NCBI GenBank assembly: GCA_964537215.1
Contig: CAZIBI010000011.1
Span: 4,517-68,516, forward strand
Direction of reading: 5' to 3'
Length of the DNA stretch: 64,000 nucleotides
From: an uncultured Ignavibacteria bacterium
GTDB taxonomy: Bacteria; Zixibacteria; MSB-5A5; CAIYYT01
A program made the translations under genes and the position numbers. This document shows positions 8,093 through 18,726 of this stretch, piece after piece (positions within the stretch are counted from its first letter, which is position 1; every line of letters begins with the position of its first letter). The notes below the pieces were generated by a model. It was given only the letters and a program-made list of their open reading frames with translations, searched no databases and had not been told where the DNA came from.

Positions 8093-9097
8093 TTAAGTCG
8101 TGGTACCGGCGACCTGCAACTCGTAGAAGCTATTTTGCGCCGCGTCGCCGGCGTTGAGTGTTAGCTCGCACCAAATGCCGATAGCATCAGCGGGCTCGAG
8201 GTTTCCGGTCGGCACGTTCTTGTTGCTCGAGTCAAAGGTTCCTGAAGGCGCAACCTTTCGGTTATTGCCGGAACCGTTCGTACCCGAGGCGTTGAGCGAG
8301 CCTTCGAGCATGAATGCTTCTTTGGTCGAAATACCCGACACGACTTCGCTGACAACTGCGTTGGAGAGCGCCAGCGTCGCGTGGGTATTCTTGGCGAAGA
8401 TCTTGTCGTAGCTCTTGACGTTCGAGCCACCGGTCGCGGCCGCGGCTTCGTCGAAGTGAATGCGACGGCACTGCATGATTTCGGTCGGTGTCTTCTCGAA
8501 AAACATTCCCGGAGCCACTTCAAATCCGGATCCGTTGGCCGGAGCCGTGCCCCAATCGTTGCGGACATAAGCACGCTTCAACGTGCCGTTGTACGCGACA
8601 ATCTCGTTAAGCCCGTTTGCACCGGTTCCGGAAGTTACGCGGACGACCTGGCCCTTGTAGATATCGTCTGTGGCCGAAGCGCCGGCGTCGAGATCGATGT
8701 AGGGCTGGCCATCGGCGTCAACACCGCCGCCGGTTGCCGTGTTCGATCGTGTGGCCGTATTGGACATCAGCGCAATATGGCCAGCGCAAGTGGCGGACTT
8801 GACCGCCTTCAACAGGCGCGCAAACGTCTTCGGCGTACCGGCCTGGACTGCCGTTGTTCCGTTCAGGTTGATCGTTTCGGTGATCTTCGCTCCGGAAGAC
8901 GAGCGGCCGGTGATCGCAATGTTCTGTGTCGTGTCGCCGGCGTTTGCCGAAACGGCCTTGAGCTGCACAGCCGAGCTCAATTCGCCCCAGACGACTTTCT
9001 TGGCGGTGTCAATCGCGCCGCCGATTTGCTGCACTGTGTCATCGTCCGGCATGGTAGCAGAACCATAGAACCGGATGTCGCGCTTAATAACGCTCAT
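8093..9097 (-). CDS. Putative tail fibre or receptor-binding-associated structural protein (334 aa)
   Basis: It lies between the giant fibre gene and the lysis genes. Its G/T/S/N-rich composition is typical of fibre or adhesin proteins. Confidence 0.35.
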   Translation of the reverse strand: MSVIKRDIRFYGSATMPDDDTVQQIGGAIDTAKKVVWGELSSAVQLKAVSANAGDTTQNIAITGRSSSGAKITETINLNGTTAVQAGTPKTFARLLKAVKSATCAGHIALMSNTATRSNTATGGGVDADGQPYIDLDAGASATDDIYKGQVVRVTSGTGANGLNEIVAYNGTLKRAYVRNDWGTAPANGSGFEVAPGMFFEKTPTEIMQCRRIHFDEAAAATGGSNVKSYDKIFAKNTHATLALSNAVVSEVVSGISTKEAFMLEGSLNASGTNGSGNNRKVAPSGTFDSSNKNVPTGNLEPADAIGIWCELTLNAGDAAQNSFYELQVAGTTT

Positions 9098-9136
9098 GCT
9101 CTACCTCGCTATTCGAAATGTTGGGATTGCTGAAAT

Positions 9137-9520
9137 TTAGACTGTGGCCAGATTGGTAATCTTGAACCGTAGTTCATCGACAAAGGTCTTGGGCTCAGCG
9201 CCCGCAAGGACGACGGTCAAAGTTAGGACGTGCGTTTCCTCGCAGATCTCGGCTCCGCCGCTGTACACGATCACCGCATCAGCCGGAGTGAGCTCCAAGA
9301 GAAATTCTCCATCTTCATTGAAGCATTCGATCAAGTTCATTGCATTGCGACCGTTGACTGCTGCTGTAGGTTTTCCCTCGACCGTGATTTTTCCCGTCGC
9401 CGATGCGATCATCGAGCGGACGACGACGGTTCCATCCGAGGTTTTCAATTCCTGATCGAAATACAGGTCGAAGGAATTTCCCTCGCGGACTGAACCGGTT
9501 ACGTTGATCGGCATTGTCAT
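9137..9520 (-). CDS. Hypothetical protein (127 aa), coupled to the giant fibre gene by a 4-nt overlap
   Basis: ORF with a 4-nt overlap; possibly a fibre chaperone or assembly factor. Confidence 0.35.
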   Translation of the reverse strand: MTMPINVTGSVREGNSFDLYFDQELKTSDGTVVVRSMIASATGKITVEGKPTAAVNGRNAMNLIECFNEDGEFLLELTPADAVIVYSGGAEICEETHVLTLTVVLAGAEPKTFVDELRFKITNLATV

Positions 9521-12500
9521 TGCCTCCGAATTCGTGCTTTGATTAGTTCTGTGACTCGCGTAATGGCCGCATTGAGCGATGCGGATTTCATCGCAGCGCC
9601 GGACAGCTGCAGGGATTGCAACAGAACTTCCGTTAGCTCCGGCGTCCGCAACATTGCGCCGCCGAGCTCCGGCACAAACAGCCTGGCGTTGGCAATCGCC
9701 AGGACCGCCAGAAAGACGCCTATGTATTCAACTGGAAGTTGCGACTGTGCAATGATTCCGCGCAGGGCTTCGACCTCGAGCCGCGAACGCAGGCTGAAGG
9801 CGCGATTGAATTCAATGTGAGTTGTGATAGATCCCGACACCGGGCTGACAAAGTCAATCGACATGTGGCCCGTCGCGCCAATTCTCCCCATCCATTCCGC
9901 GAGAATACCCTGGGCGGCCGAAATTGCCTTGTTATGCTCGACGGCAAGCCGGTTGGAAGCCGCGAAGGCCTTGCCGGTCTCAACCAGAAGAGTTCCGCCG
10001 ACAACGTTAATCGTCGCACGCGATTCGATCGGCAACCGCGTGTTGGCCGCGACTGACGCTTTCCACTCAACCGGAATCGCGGAACTCATTGAGACGACCG
10101 TTGCGCCGGAGAATTCGAGCGGCAGCTTTGTCGCAAGAATCACTTGCAGCGCGTGCTCGATATTGGTTTTCAATACGCTTGTGACAATCGTGCCCGTATC
10201 GATTTGAAATTGGCTCTGCGCGGCAAGCTTACGCAGGAATTCGGTATTCATGCCAGCGATCACGCCCGCCAACGCCCGGCTTAATTCAACCGGAGCATTC
10301 AATCCGCCGGAAACAGACTTGAGCGATTCCGCCGGCAGCAACGCCGAAAGCGTCCGGACTGAAAGCGACTCGATCTCGACGCGGCCGCGGGCGTCGACCG
10401 AACTGCGCCATTCGACCGGCAGCTGCGCCGACACTTGGAAGTTCTGTGCTCCCAACCACTCGACGGCGATCTGTTGGGCAAAGGTGATCGTGGCCGCCAG
10501 CTCAACCGGAGCCTTCGCCATCGACAACCGCTGCATCAAGACTTCGACCAGTACACTGTTCGCCGCTTGAAGAGTGCGAAGGTGCTCGGTAAGTAGCCGC
10601 GTGACAATCTGCGTGCTGGCCAACCATTCGACCGCGGCTGCGCTTTTAACTATCAGAGATCCGGAGAAATCGACAGCGAGTTTTTGCCCGGCCGCAATCG
10701 CCCTGTTGGTCTCTACCGGGACGATGCCGCTAATCTGAACAGATCCCAGGAATTCGACCGGCAACGCGTGAGTCATCGCTACCTGAAATTGCCCTGTCCA
10801 CTCAACGGGAAGACTGACCGCGTTCGCGACGCTGCGCAGTGATTCGACCGGAACGATTTGCCCGGCAGCTACCAGCTTATTGATCTCCGCCGGCGACGTC
10901 ATCGCCGCAGCAAGTTGCCGCAGCGTTTCGACTGGAGCGACTAAGACCACTGCGAATCCGCCGCGCAGCTCGATTGGAAGTTGAACCGCGGCTGTTAAAC
11001 CGCGTGCGTTTTCGACCGCCATTCCTGCCGGCGTAACCAGGCTGTGCAGCAGATCCGCCGGCATCCCCGATATTGCGGACAGCGAGCGGACATAATCAAG
11101 CGGCAACGTGAAAAGAATCGCGACATTGCCCTTGTACTCTGCCGGCAGCATACTTCGCAATTCGATCCCTGCGAGTGAATCGACAGGAAGCGGCGTGCTC
11201 GCCTGCAGCGTGGAACGCCATTCGGAGAATATCTGCTGGGCAGTCGCCAATTGCTTGTTGGCTTCAACCGGCACGGCGATCTTCGCCTGGAGCGAGCCGG
11301 AGTATTCGTCGGGTAATTTTGTCGCGATCGCAATCGCCGCGAGGCTTTCCATATACTGCTTTAGCGACGCAACCAATGCTGCGCTGAATTCTACCGACAT
11401 TCCTGATCGTGCCTGCAATGAACCGCGCAACTCCGTTGGCAAAAGTGAGCGCGTCTGAAGTGCGCTATTATTCTCGGATGCCAGTACGGCCGTTGATCGC
11501 GTAAAGTATTTGTCCAGCTTCATGTCGATCGTGAATTGCTCGACGCCGGCGCCAAGTAGCGCGATATCGGTCGTGAAGCCCGCAACCTCTTCCGGCTGCA
11601 GATCGATGACCGGGTTGAGATCCCACCAGTAGATTTTGATTTCTTCGATTTCGGCGGTGACGTTTCCCGATGTCGTTACAGTGACCGCGTAATAATCCAC
11701 CTTGACCGAGTACTGACCCAGCGGCAAGCCCAGCGCCTTCAAATCAAATGAAACGGTTGTGCTCTGGAAGCTCGTGGTCAGATTCGTAATCGTGGCCGTC
11801 GAGTTGGCAACAGCTTTCGTCGCATCGTAGGTTGCGCCGCTGGAGACCCACACGTGGAAGCTGGCACTGGAACCGGCCGAGCTCGAGGTCAGCTTCGCGC
11901 GAATCTTGACGTCGAGTTTCCAAACGTCATTCTGCGCCATTTCGTGCTTGCCGTCTTGCGTCGCTTCGTAGGTGGCTGTGTGATCCGTGCTGTAAGAAAT
12001 TGTGTTATCGGTGAAGCTCGATGTCACCGTTGTCGTTTGCCGCTTGTCCTTCTTGCGCTTGACGATGATCTGATCGAAGTACGATCCTTGATCCGCCTTC
12101 AATTTCCATTTCGTCGCATTCGCGATTGAACTTGTGATTTCATCGGCAATCTTGGTACCGCCAAACCAGGCAGAGCAGCCAACGGAAGTGATCTGCAGGG
12201 CGACTTGATACATCTGGCTCTCGAGCGCGTGCAAGCTGCTGTCGTGCCACCCGGTGGAATCTTCGTACTGCGCATAGCTCACGTCGCGATTGATACCGAC
12301 CGACAACACGGCCGCGGCCGCATTGACCAGCTGCAAATAAGTCCGCAGGTACAGCTCATCCATCCAGAGAGCGCAACTAACGATGATATCATCGAGCGCC
12401 GAAGCTAAACTCTTCTCGAGCGCGAAGGTGCCACCCGGAGCGGTTTTCAGCGACCGCGAACCGGTGGCTGTCTTGTTCGGATGATTCGGAGGGCTGACGT

Positions 12501-15474
12501 AAACGGATCCGCTACTCGAGGTCACGGTCATGCCGCGCACGCCATTGACATTCGCTCCGTCCGCGAGCGTCTCAAAGTTCTCATACCCGAGAGGATAGAC
12601 AATCGTCGGATCCGACTTCGGATTGGTCGCGATATCGGGAGCGCCGTAATAGACGTAGAGATCCTTAGCGCCGGCCTTCTTTCCGGCCGACAACGCTTCC
12701 GGTGCCCGGAAAGAGACTATCGTCTCTTCATAGTTGGCGTAATCGATCACGCGGTCCAGCTCGGTCGTGCCCCAATAGACGCGTAGGTCCTTTACGTCGC
12801 GGCGAATCTTCCCATAGGGCGAGGCCGTGAGCTGGAAGACGTCGTTGCCCGATGTCCACATCAGATCAATGCGGTTGTTGGTCAGGCTGTGCTTGATGTT
12901 AAGTATCGGGACGCCAATAGATGAATTGCCGGTAAGGCTCCGTTTTGCCCAGGTTGCACCCGCGTCGTTCGAGAGCAGCTCGATAATCTCAGACGAATAG
13001 CTCTCGTCATCGGATGCTTCGACGAATTCGACAAGGCGATTAACCCGGCTAACTCTGATCGACGCGCCGGCGGTGAGCTGCTTGAATCCAAACTCGACCG
13101 TCTCTGCGGCAGCTTTGGTCCAGGCTGCCGAGGTCGACGGGTTCGTCGTCCAGATATATATTTTCTCGCCATAGGCAGTGTTGGTCAAGACCAGGTCCGG
13201 GCTCTGATAATCCGTGCTCGAGATCCGCAAGATCGCCCGCAGGTCCGGCGTGCCGGAGACCTTCTTCGCAGCGATCGCGACACCGACACCGATGATCAGC
13301 ACATCCGAAGGCAGCGTTGCCGACTTGGTAAAGGAGGCCTCGCAGGTGGACGACGCATGGAGATAAGTATCGTCGGCGTCATAACGTTGAATGCCGTCGT
13401 CGACCAGCGCGTAGTTGACTGACCCGGTCGAGCGTGAAATGTTTGTATGAAAGCCGTCGGCGGCCGGAATGTGATGCTTGTATGCGCGCGAGTCGGCAAC
13501 AGTATAGCAGTGAATCGTGCCGTCCTTGTCGCAGATTGCCGGGCTGCCGCAACGTCCCATCCGGATATTGAAATCCAGATCTTCGGTCATATAGGTGTGC
13601 TGCCAGGCGCCGCTTGCATAGCGCGAGCTGCCAAGGCCACCATCACCATCTGGAGCCCCGAAATCTGGGGCGTAAGCCCACAATACCACCGGCTTATTGT
13701 CGCGCGTCAATGTCAGGTGCCGACAAAAGAAGCTGACGCGATTCCCCGTTTCGTTTTCAATCACTGCGCCAGCGCTGGCTTTGTTGATTCCGGTGCCGGT
13801 TGTACCGCACTGGATTCCAGCGATCGTTCGCCAGGTTGCAAAGCCTCCGGAGCCGCCTTCGTTGTAGTCGCTGTATGCGTACCAGACGCCGAGGGCAATA
13901 TTTGATCCTCCGACGAATGACCAGGCGATGTGAATGCGCTCATTCTTGTCGAGGCGCAAGCCATACATGTAAGTTCGATAAGAGCCGACGTCGTTGTAAT
14001 TGATGATCTCCTGCTCGGAGCTCCAGCTCTCCCCTACCGTGTCGGAATAGTAGAGCACGACCTTGGTCGCCGCGTCGGTTGGTCCCTTGCGCGCGAACAT
14101 GTAAATGCGATTCGAAGAAGGCACCACGATCGCGATCGGATAAGTGTTCTGCGATCCGAGCGTGCCTTTGAGCGTCCAGCCGGTTTCGCCGGCAAAAGCG
14201 CCGGACTGATTTGGTGAGACCGACTTTGCGTAATAGGTCGCCGTGTAATGACAGCCATAGAAGACGTGCAGGTAGCCGGTGTTGTCGATCGTGATCGTCG
14301 GATAGTAGTGGGTGTCAGTGCCTGTGTGCGCGTTATCGATCTTATAGGGCGTGCCCCACTTGTTGGTCACATAGTCATAGCTCTGGATGTAAATACCGAG
14401 ATAGAAATCGCTCTCGAGCTGGCCGAGATAGACGACGTGCTTCTTGGTGCCGAACTCCGCGACCGCATATCCGCTTTCCTGGATCGCTTCATTGTAAGCG
14501 CCGTTGGTTGCAATCTTGTACCGGTTGCCGGTCTTGATTTTGAACTCGTGCGTGTAGTCATCGGTGCATCCGGAGTGCTTCGTATTGAACAGCATCTTGC
14601 GGCGGAAACAATATTTCTCATCCGCCCAAATCCGGTTGATACCTTTGAATTGCGCGTAAGCGCTGTAGTCCGATTCAATCGCCGACCCGTCTTTGAACTT
14701 GATGCGCCAGTAGTACCAGCCATTCGGCGGATCAGATGACAGCTCGCTGCCGTTGTAATCGATCAGCTGGCAGCGGTTGCCGTGCGAAATATCAGTGATA
14801 TCAATCCAGCCCGAGTCCCACACCGTCGAAGCGAAATTAGAAACCGTCGAGACCTGAACATAAGCATGCGTCGCTGTTCCCGATCCGGCAGTGGCATTCC
14901 ACTGCGCCGAGAAGACGGGATCTTCCGAAGCGTCGGTCGGCTGCGACTGGCGCTCGCACTCGAGGTTTGTTGGCGACGGGTGATTCGCGAGGGTGTAATC
15001 GACAACGATCCACACCTGCGTAACTTCCGGATGTTCGCCGGCGACGCCGCGGGCCCGGCACTTGACTCCAGCTTGCAGCGAATCGATATCGCTCGCCGAC
15101 CAGCTACCACCGCCCGGTCGCGAGACCACTTGAGAGTATTCGGCCCAGGATGTCGTAATCGAGAACTGGCTGCCTTCGACCGTCGTGCCGCCGAGGCGCA
15201 GGATCGGGATTACCTGGTTGTTGGTCGAAGTTCCAACCTTGCGGCAGCGAACATAGACCGTGACCGAATTGACAGCGCCATACGCGCCCGCATGATTCTC
15301 CAGCGCATAGCTGTCGGTCAGGTAACTGGTGCCGGTCGTGAAGACGTAAGTCGTGGCATCATCAGCCGACGACTCCGCTACGCACTCCCAGTTGGTTAAG
15401 AGGAGTTCAGGATCTTGTGGCGTCAGCGCGGTGAGGTCACCGGCACCGTTCGGGCGTAAGAGTTCTGTTGACAC
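9517..15474 (-). CDS. Giant (1985 aa) tail fibre or host-specificity protein: N-terminal Ig/FN3-like and beta-propeller-like regions, then about 40 tandem degenerate 18-aa repeats (LPVEW-type) at the C-terminus
   Basis: A single uninterrupted ORF. Its C-terminal ~700 aa are periodic (...SLPVEWTGQFQVAMTHALPVEFLGSVQISGIVPVETNRAIAAGQKLAVDF...). At DNA level the CCGGTCGAA-type unit recurs about every 54 nt. Confidence 0.6.
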   Translation of the reverse strand: MSTELLRPNGAGDLTALTPQDPELLLTNWECVAESSADDATTYVFTTGTSYLTDSYALENHAGAYGAVNSVTVYVRCRKVGTSTNNQVIPILRLGGTTVEGSQFSITTSWAEYSQVVSRPGGGSWSASDIDSLQAGVKCRARGVAGEHPEVTQVWIVVDYTLANHPSPTNLECERQSQPTDASEDPVFSAQWNATAGSGTATHAYVQVSTVSNFASTVWDSGWIDITDISHGNRCQLIDYNGSELSSDPPNGWYYWRIKFKDGSAIESDYSAYAQFKGINRIWADEKYCFRRKMLFNTKHSGCTDDYTHEFKIKTGNRYKIATNGAYNEAIQESGYAVAEFGTKKHVVYLGQLESDFYLGIYIQSYDYVTNKWGTPYKIDNAHTGTDTHYYPTITIDNTGYLHVFYGCHYTATYYAKSVSPNQSGAFAGETGWTLKGTLGSQNTYPIAIVVPSSNRIYMFARKGPTDAATKVVLYYSDTVGESWSSEQEIINYNDVGSYRTYMYGLRLDKNERIHIAWSFVGGSNIALGVWYAYSDYNEGGSGGFATWRTIAGIQCGTTGTGINKASAGAVIENETGNRVSFFCRHLTLTRDNKPVVLWAYAPDFGAPDGDGGLGSSRYASGAWQHTYMTEDLDFNIRMGRCGSPAICDKDGTIHCYTVADSRAYKHHIPAADGFHTNISRSTGSVNYALVDDGIQRYDADDTYLHASSTCEASFTKSATLPSDVLIIGVGVAIAAKKVSGTPDLRAILRISSTDYQSPDLVLTNTAYGEKIYIWTTNPSTSAAWTKAAAETVEFGFKQLTAGASIRVSRVNRLVEFVEASDDESYSSEIIELLSNDAGATWAKRSLTGNSSIGVPILNIKHSLTNNRIDLMWTSGNDVFQLTASPYGKIRRDVKDLRVYWGTTELDRVIDYANYEETIVSFRAPEALSAGKKAGAKDLYVYYGAPDIATNPKSDPTIVYPLGYENFETLADGANVNGVRGMTVTSSSGSVYVSPPNHPNKTATGSRSLKTAPGGTFALEKSLASALDDIIVSCALWMDELYLRTYLQLVNAAAAVLSVGINRDVSYAQYEDSTGWHDSSLHALESQMYQVALQITSVGCSAWFGGTKIADEITSSIANATKWKLKADQGSYFDQIIVKRKKDKRQTTTVTSSFTDNTISYSTDHTATYEATQDGKHEMAQNDVWKLDVKIRAKLTSSSAGSSASFHVWVSSGATYDATKAVANSTATITNLTTSFQSTTVSFDLKALGLPLGQYSVKVDYYAVTVTTSGNVTAEIEEIKIYWWDLNPVIDLQPEEVAGFTTDIALLGAGVEQFTIDMKLDKYFTRSTAVLASENNSALQTRSLLPTELRGSLQARSGMSVEFSAALVASLKQYMESLAAIAIATKLPDEYSGSLQAKIAVPVEANKQLATAQQIFSEWRSTLQASTPLPVDSLAGIELRSMLPAEYKGNVAILFTLPLDYVRSLSAISGMPADLLHSLVTPAGMAVENARGLTAAVQLPIELRGGFAVVLVAPVETLRQLAAAMTSPAEINKLVAAGQIVPVESLRSVANAVSLPVEWTGQFQVAMTHALPVEFLGSVQISGIVPVETNRAIAAGQKLAVDFSGSLIVKSAAAVEWLASTQIVTRLLTEHLRTLQAANSVLVEVLMQRLSMAKAPVELAATITFAQQIAVEWLGAQNFQVSAQLPVEWRSSVDARGRVEIESLSVRTLSALLPAESLKSVSGGLNAPVELSRALAGVIAGMNTEFLRKLAAQSQFQIDTGTIVTSVLKTNIEHALQVILATKLPLEFSGATVVSMSSAIPVEWKASVAANTRLPIESRATINVVGGTLLVETGKAFAASNRLAVEHNKAISAAQGILAEWMGRIGATGHMSIDFVSPVSGSITTHIEFNRAFSLRSRLEVEALRGIIAQSQLPVEYIGVFLAVLAIANARLFVPELGGAMLRTPELTEVLLQSLQLSGAAMKSASLNAAITRVTELIKARIRRQ
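9520..11500 (-). repeat. Tandem degenerate ~54-nt coding repeats (about 40 copies) inside the giant fibre gene
   Basis: Recurrent ttcgaccgg / ctcaaccgg / ctcgattgg motifs at regular spacing, matching the P[VI]E[WF] periodicity in the protein. Confidence 0.6.
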
Positions 15475-15834
15475 TTAGTCCTTAGCTACTTCGAAGTACG
15501 CCCGGCCCTTAACGCCGTCATTGGAAAACGGCACGATGTACTTGAGATTTGCAGCGCGCCAGCCGATCTTGTAGCCTTCACCGCTGATCGCTCCGTTTCT
15601 CAAGTTCATGATGCGCCCGGCGCCGCAAACCGGCCGCGCATCGTCCGGAATGCTGATCTCGTGGATCACTGCACCAGTTTCGACCGCAATCAGGCGAACG
15701 GCAATGACCGCTCCGTAGCGGTCGTCCGGATTCTGAGGATCAATGCGCTCAATGCGCGATTGCGGTGCCCACTCGCTGCGCCGGAGAACTTTCTCCGCGA
15801 AGACGATTTCCCATTCAAACTTATCAGACTTCAT
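15475..15834 (-). CDS. Hypothetical tail-associated protein (119 aa)
   Basis: ORF in the tail-fibre region. Confidence 0.35.
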   Translation of the reverse strand: MKSDKFEWEIVFAEKVLRRSEWAPQSRIERIDPQNPDDRYGAVIAVRLIAVETGAVIHEISIPDDARPVCGAGRIMNLRNGAISGEGYKIGWRAANLKYIVPFSNDGVKGRAYFEVAKD

Positions 15835-16369
15835 CGAAATACAGAAAATGCACTTGCGCCGGCAGCGTTACAGATCCTTGCGCGAGATATTCCACCCGCA
15901 CCTGCAGGTAGAGATAATTCGTCTTCTCCCCCACTGCGTCGATCTTGCTGTCGCCCGGAACGACGCCGATCGAAAGGCCCGTGGCTTCGGAGTAATAGTT
16001 GCTGTGCTGCGCTGACGTCGCTTTGGTTGATTGTGTATTGACAGGGGTTGCGCCGGTTCCGGAAGTGCCGGCGTAGATTGTTACCTTGTTCGGTGGACTC
16101 GATTCGAAATCCGGCCGGTTGGCCGGTCCCGCATATTTGAAATTGTTACAGTAGCCATCCGGCGCCGCTGTACATTCCCAGCGGAGCACGAGCTCGTAGG
16201 AATAAGCCGGGCTCGATCCGGAGTCGCGCGGAATCGGAACCGGATTATTCGCCGCGACGTTGGTCGTCACGTCGGCCGATTGAAATGCCAGCGCTTTGCC
16301 GGAGATCGTCGTTTCCGTTCCGGCGCTTGAGCCGGTGCACTTCTTCAGTGCGAATGCCGCAAGGCCCAT
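15824..16369 (-). CDS. Hypothetical tail-fibre-associated protein (181 aa)
   Basis: ORF in a coupled series. Confidence 0.35.
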   Translation of the reverse strand: MGLAAFALKKCTGSSAGTETTISGKALAFQSADVTTNVAANNPVPIPRDSGSSPAYSYELVLRWECTAAPDGYCNNFKYAGPANRPDFESSPPNKVTIYAGTSGTGATPVNTQSTKATSAQHSNYYSEATGLSIGVVPGDSKIDAVGEKTNYLYLQVRVEYLAQGSVTLPAQVHFLYFDEV

Positions 16370-16372
16370 GGC

Positions 16373-17491
16373 TTACGAGTAGACGCCTTCGATGACGACT
16401 TTCCGAATGCCCGAGGATCCGGTGTAGGGACTGGCCGTAATCATCTTGATCGCGATATCCAGGATGGCATTTTCAGTAACACCGGAGACGTCAACCGTCA
16501 GCTCGACGAACTCATAGGCGCCGGCTGACGAAACCCGCGTGAATACCGCAGGAGTCAACGCGTTAACCGTGAGCGAGACTTGATTGCTACTGGTTGAGTT
16601 ATCCTGCCGAAACTCGAACTTGGCGCGGATCCTTTTATAGTTGCGCCGACGATAGGCCGCAATCTTCAGAACCGTATTCGAGACACCGGAGCCGGAGCTC
16701 GCCGGACGGAAACAGTTTGCGTAAGCGCTATCATAGTCGGTTATGACAGAATTCTCGGAGTAAGCCGCAGCCAAAGTCTGGCTGTAGAGCACGTCGACCG
16801 ACTCGCTAAGATCGACGCCGTCGATAGTGATAGCGGTATCTACCGGGAGATTGCCCTTGACAGAGACATCGCCATACGACAGCAGCGGCTCGAAGATCCG
16901 CAGTTTGTTCGTGATGTTGCCGTTGCTGATCGTGGCCACTCCGGACGTGCGCGCAATTTCCGCCAGCGCTATGTAGTAGTGCCCGGTTGGCGCAGCCGGA
17001 ATCGAAGGCAGGCCGCCGCCGATGGATCCCTGCAGAACAACGAAAGCAAGTGACAGTCGCTGATCAACGCAGGCTTCCGTACCGACGGCCGGATTGATCA
17101 GCGTTGCATCATCGCCGACGTCGATAATCGGGAAACTGATATCGAGATAGACGACATCGTTGCGATTGCCGCCCGACGGTGTCGTGAAACCGGTGATGGT
17201 TTGGTTACCGGTGAGAGTAACGACAAATGACTGGCTCGTGCTGATGTTCAAAATCGCCTGGCCCGCGGCCACTACGATTTGATTTGAGCCGCCAGTCAAA
17301 GCCCAACCGCTGCCGGAGCGCGCTTGCGCGCCGTCCGTGGCCAGCCGCGCAACTTCGTTCAACCGGTAGTCGGCCACCTGCCCGGCTTCATTGAAATCTG
17401 CGTCGACGATGTAGGTATCGCGCTGCGCGATCTTGCGCAGGACGCGTTTGCTTACGCTGAATTGGTCCCGAGTGATATCAGCAGTTCCCAT
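16373..17491 (-). CDS. Putative tail fibre protein (372 aa)
   Basis: It follows the gpI-like gene, the usual position of P2 gpH-type fibres. Its composition is G/S/T/A/V-rich. Confidence 0.4.
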   Translation of the reverse strand: MGTADITRDQFSVSKRVLRKIAQRDTYIVDADFNEAGQVADYRLNEVARLATDGAQARSGSGWALTGGSNQIVVAAGQAILNISTSQSFVVTLTGNQTITGFTTPSGGNRNDVVYLDISFPIIDVGDDATLINPAVGTEACVDQRLSLAFVVLQGSIGGGLPSIPAAPTGHYYIALAEIARTSGVATISNGNITNKLRIFEPLLSYGDVSVKGNLPVDTAITIDGVDLSESVDVLYSQTLAAAYSENSVITDYDSAYANCFRPASSGSGVSNTVLKIAAYRRRNYKRIRAKFEFRQDNSTSSNQVSLTVNALTPAVFTRVSSAGAYEFVELTVDVSGVTENAILDIAIKMITASPYTGSSGIRKVVIEGVYS

Positions 17492-17499
17492 AGTTCACC

Positions 17500-18723
17500 T
17501 CACACCCAGGCGACGGCAACGTCGATGGGCACAAATTGCGGAATGATCTTGGCTAAGTACTCTCTCTTGGCGGTCTCGAATTGCGGCGACCCGGAGAGTG
17601 TGATTGTCAATGTCTTGTCTGCCTGTCCGGCAGCGAAGAACTTCGGCTGCTTGCGCCGGTCCAGCACGCGCAGGATGTAGTTGTCAAATTCGACATCGGT
17701 GCCGAAGGCGCAGAACAGTCCCTTCTTGTTAGCTGCCACCAGCGCGGCATAGTTCTGTTCATAGATCAAAGTCGTCTCATCGAGTATGACGGTGATCTTT
17801 TCGCCGGTATCCCAGATCGTGATTCGATGCGTTCCGGTTCGCCAGGTTGTGCCGGTGATGTCGACGACGTGAATTGGAATCCACGTACCGCTGAAGACGT
17901 AGACCGTCAAGCTCTCAGCCGAGCCGCTCTTGTCGAGCGTCACTAAAAGTGCCTTCGTCGCGCTCTCATATCTGGCCACAGCACCAAACCAGCAATCGCC
18001 GGTTGTCAGCAGCCGGTACTCAAATTGCAGATTGTAATCCGAGGTCGTCTCCGGGAATGTCGCCGACATCGTCGGCGCCAAGGTTCCGCTCAAGGCTGAG
18101 CCGCGCAAGCTTTGCGCAATCGCTTTGAAATTGCCCAGCGCCTCATTCGTCCAGCCTTCCATCGAACCAGAATCCCACGAGTGCGAGACTTCCTTTGACG
18201 TCACTGCCAGACGCGACCAAAATTTGTGCCGGTTGAAGCGGCCGGAAATCTGATACTCCATATCCATTAGCGCCGTGAAGCCCAAATCCTCGATGATGCG
18301 CTTCACGGACCAAAACGTCCCGCGACGCTTGAGGATCGTGAATGCATCGCGCACTAAGCGCCGACGCTCGCGTTCAGTGGCGTACGGCAAATCGATCAAC
18401 TCGAATCCGAAGTTGGCCGCCAGATGCGACAGAAACCGCTGGTCACAGCGCTCATAGTCGCCGAGATACTGGAGCTCGCGCGCGCGGTCGTACATGGTGT
18501 TGAGCATGTCATTGAGCGGTCCGGCAAATTCGACCATGCCCGGCGATTTCTGGCAACCCGGCAAAAAGTCGAGAATGTCAATCGCTTGCGGCTTGATGCG
18601 CGTTTCCGGAAAAGGGCGCACGCCGCGGTGGTCAACCGGACCGCCGCCGATACCGGCCGGAAACTGCGGATTGAAGTCAAAAAAACCGCCGGGAGTCGGC
18701 GAGACATTGTGATCTAAAACCAA
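17500..18723 (-). CDS. Baseplate protein, P2 gpI-like N-terminal region with an extended C-terminus (407 aa)
   Basis: The N-terminal ~150 aa resemble the tail protein I family (...RRLVRDAFTILKRRGTFWSVKRIIEDLGF). The gene sits in the baseplate region. Confidence 0.4.
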   Translation of the reverse strand: MVLDHNVSPTPGGFFDFNPQFPAGIGGGPVDHRGVRPFPETRIKPQAIDILDFLPGCQKSPGMVEFAGPLNDMLNTMYDRARELQYLGDYERCDQRFLSHLAANFGFELIDLPYATERERRRLVRDAFTILKRRGTFWSVKRIIEDLGFTALMDMEYQISGRFNRHKFWSRLAVTSKEVSHSWDSGSMEGWTNEALGNFKAIAQSLRGSALSGTLAPTMSATFPETTSDYNLQFEYRLLTTGDCWFGAVARYESATKALLVTLDKSGSAESLTVYVFSGTWIPIHVVDITGTTWRTGTHRITIWDTGEKITVILDETTLIYEQNYAALVAANKKGLFCAFGTDVEFDNYILRVLDRRKQPKFFAAGQADKTLTITLSGSPQFETAKREYLAKIIPQFVPIDVAVAWV

Positions 18724-18726
18724 GGC

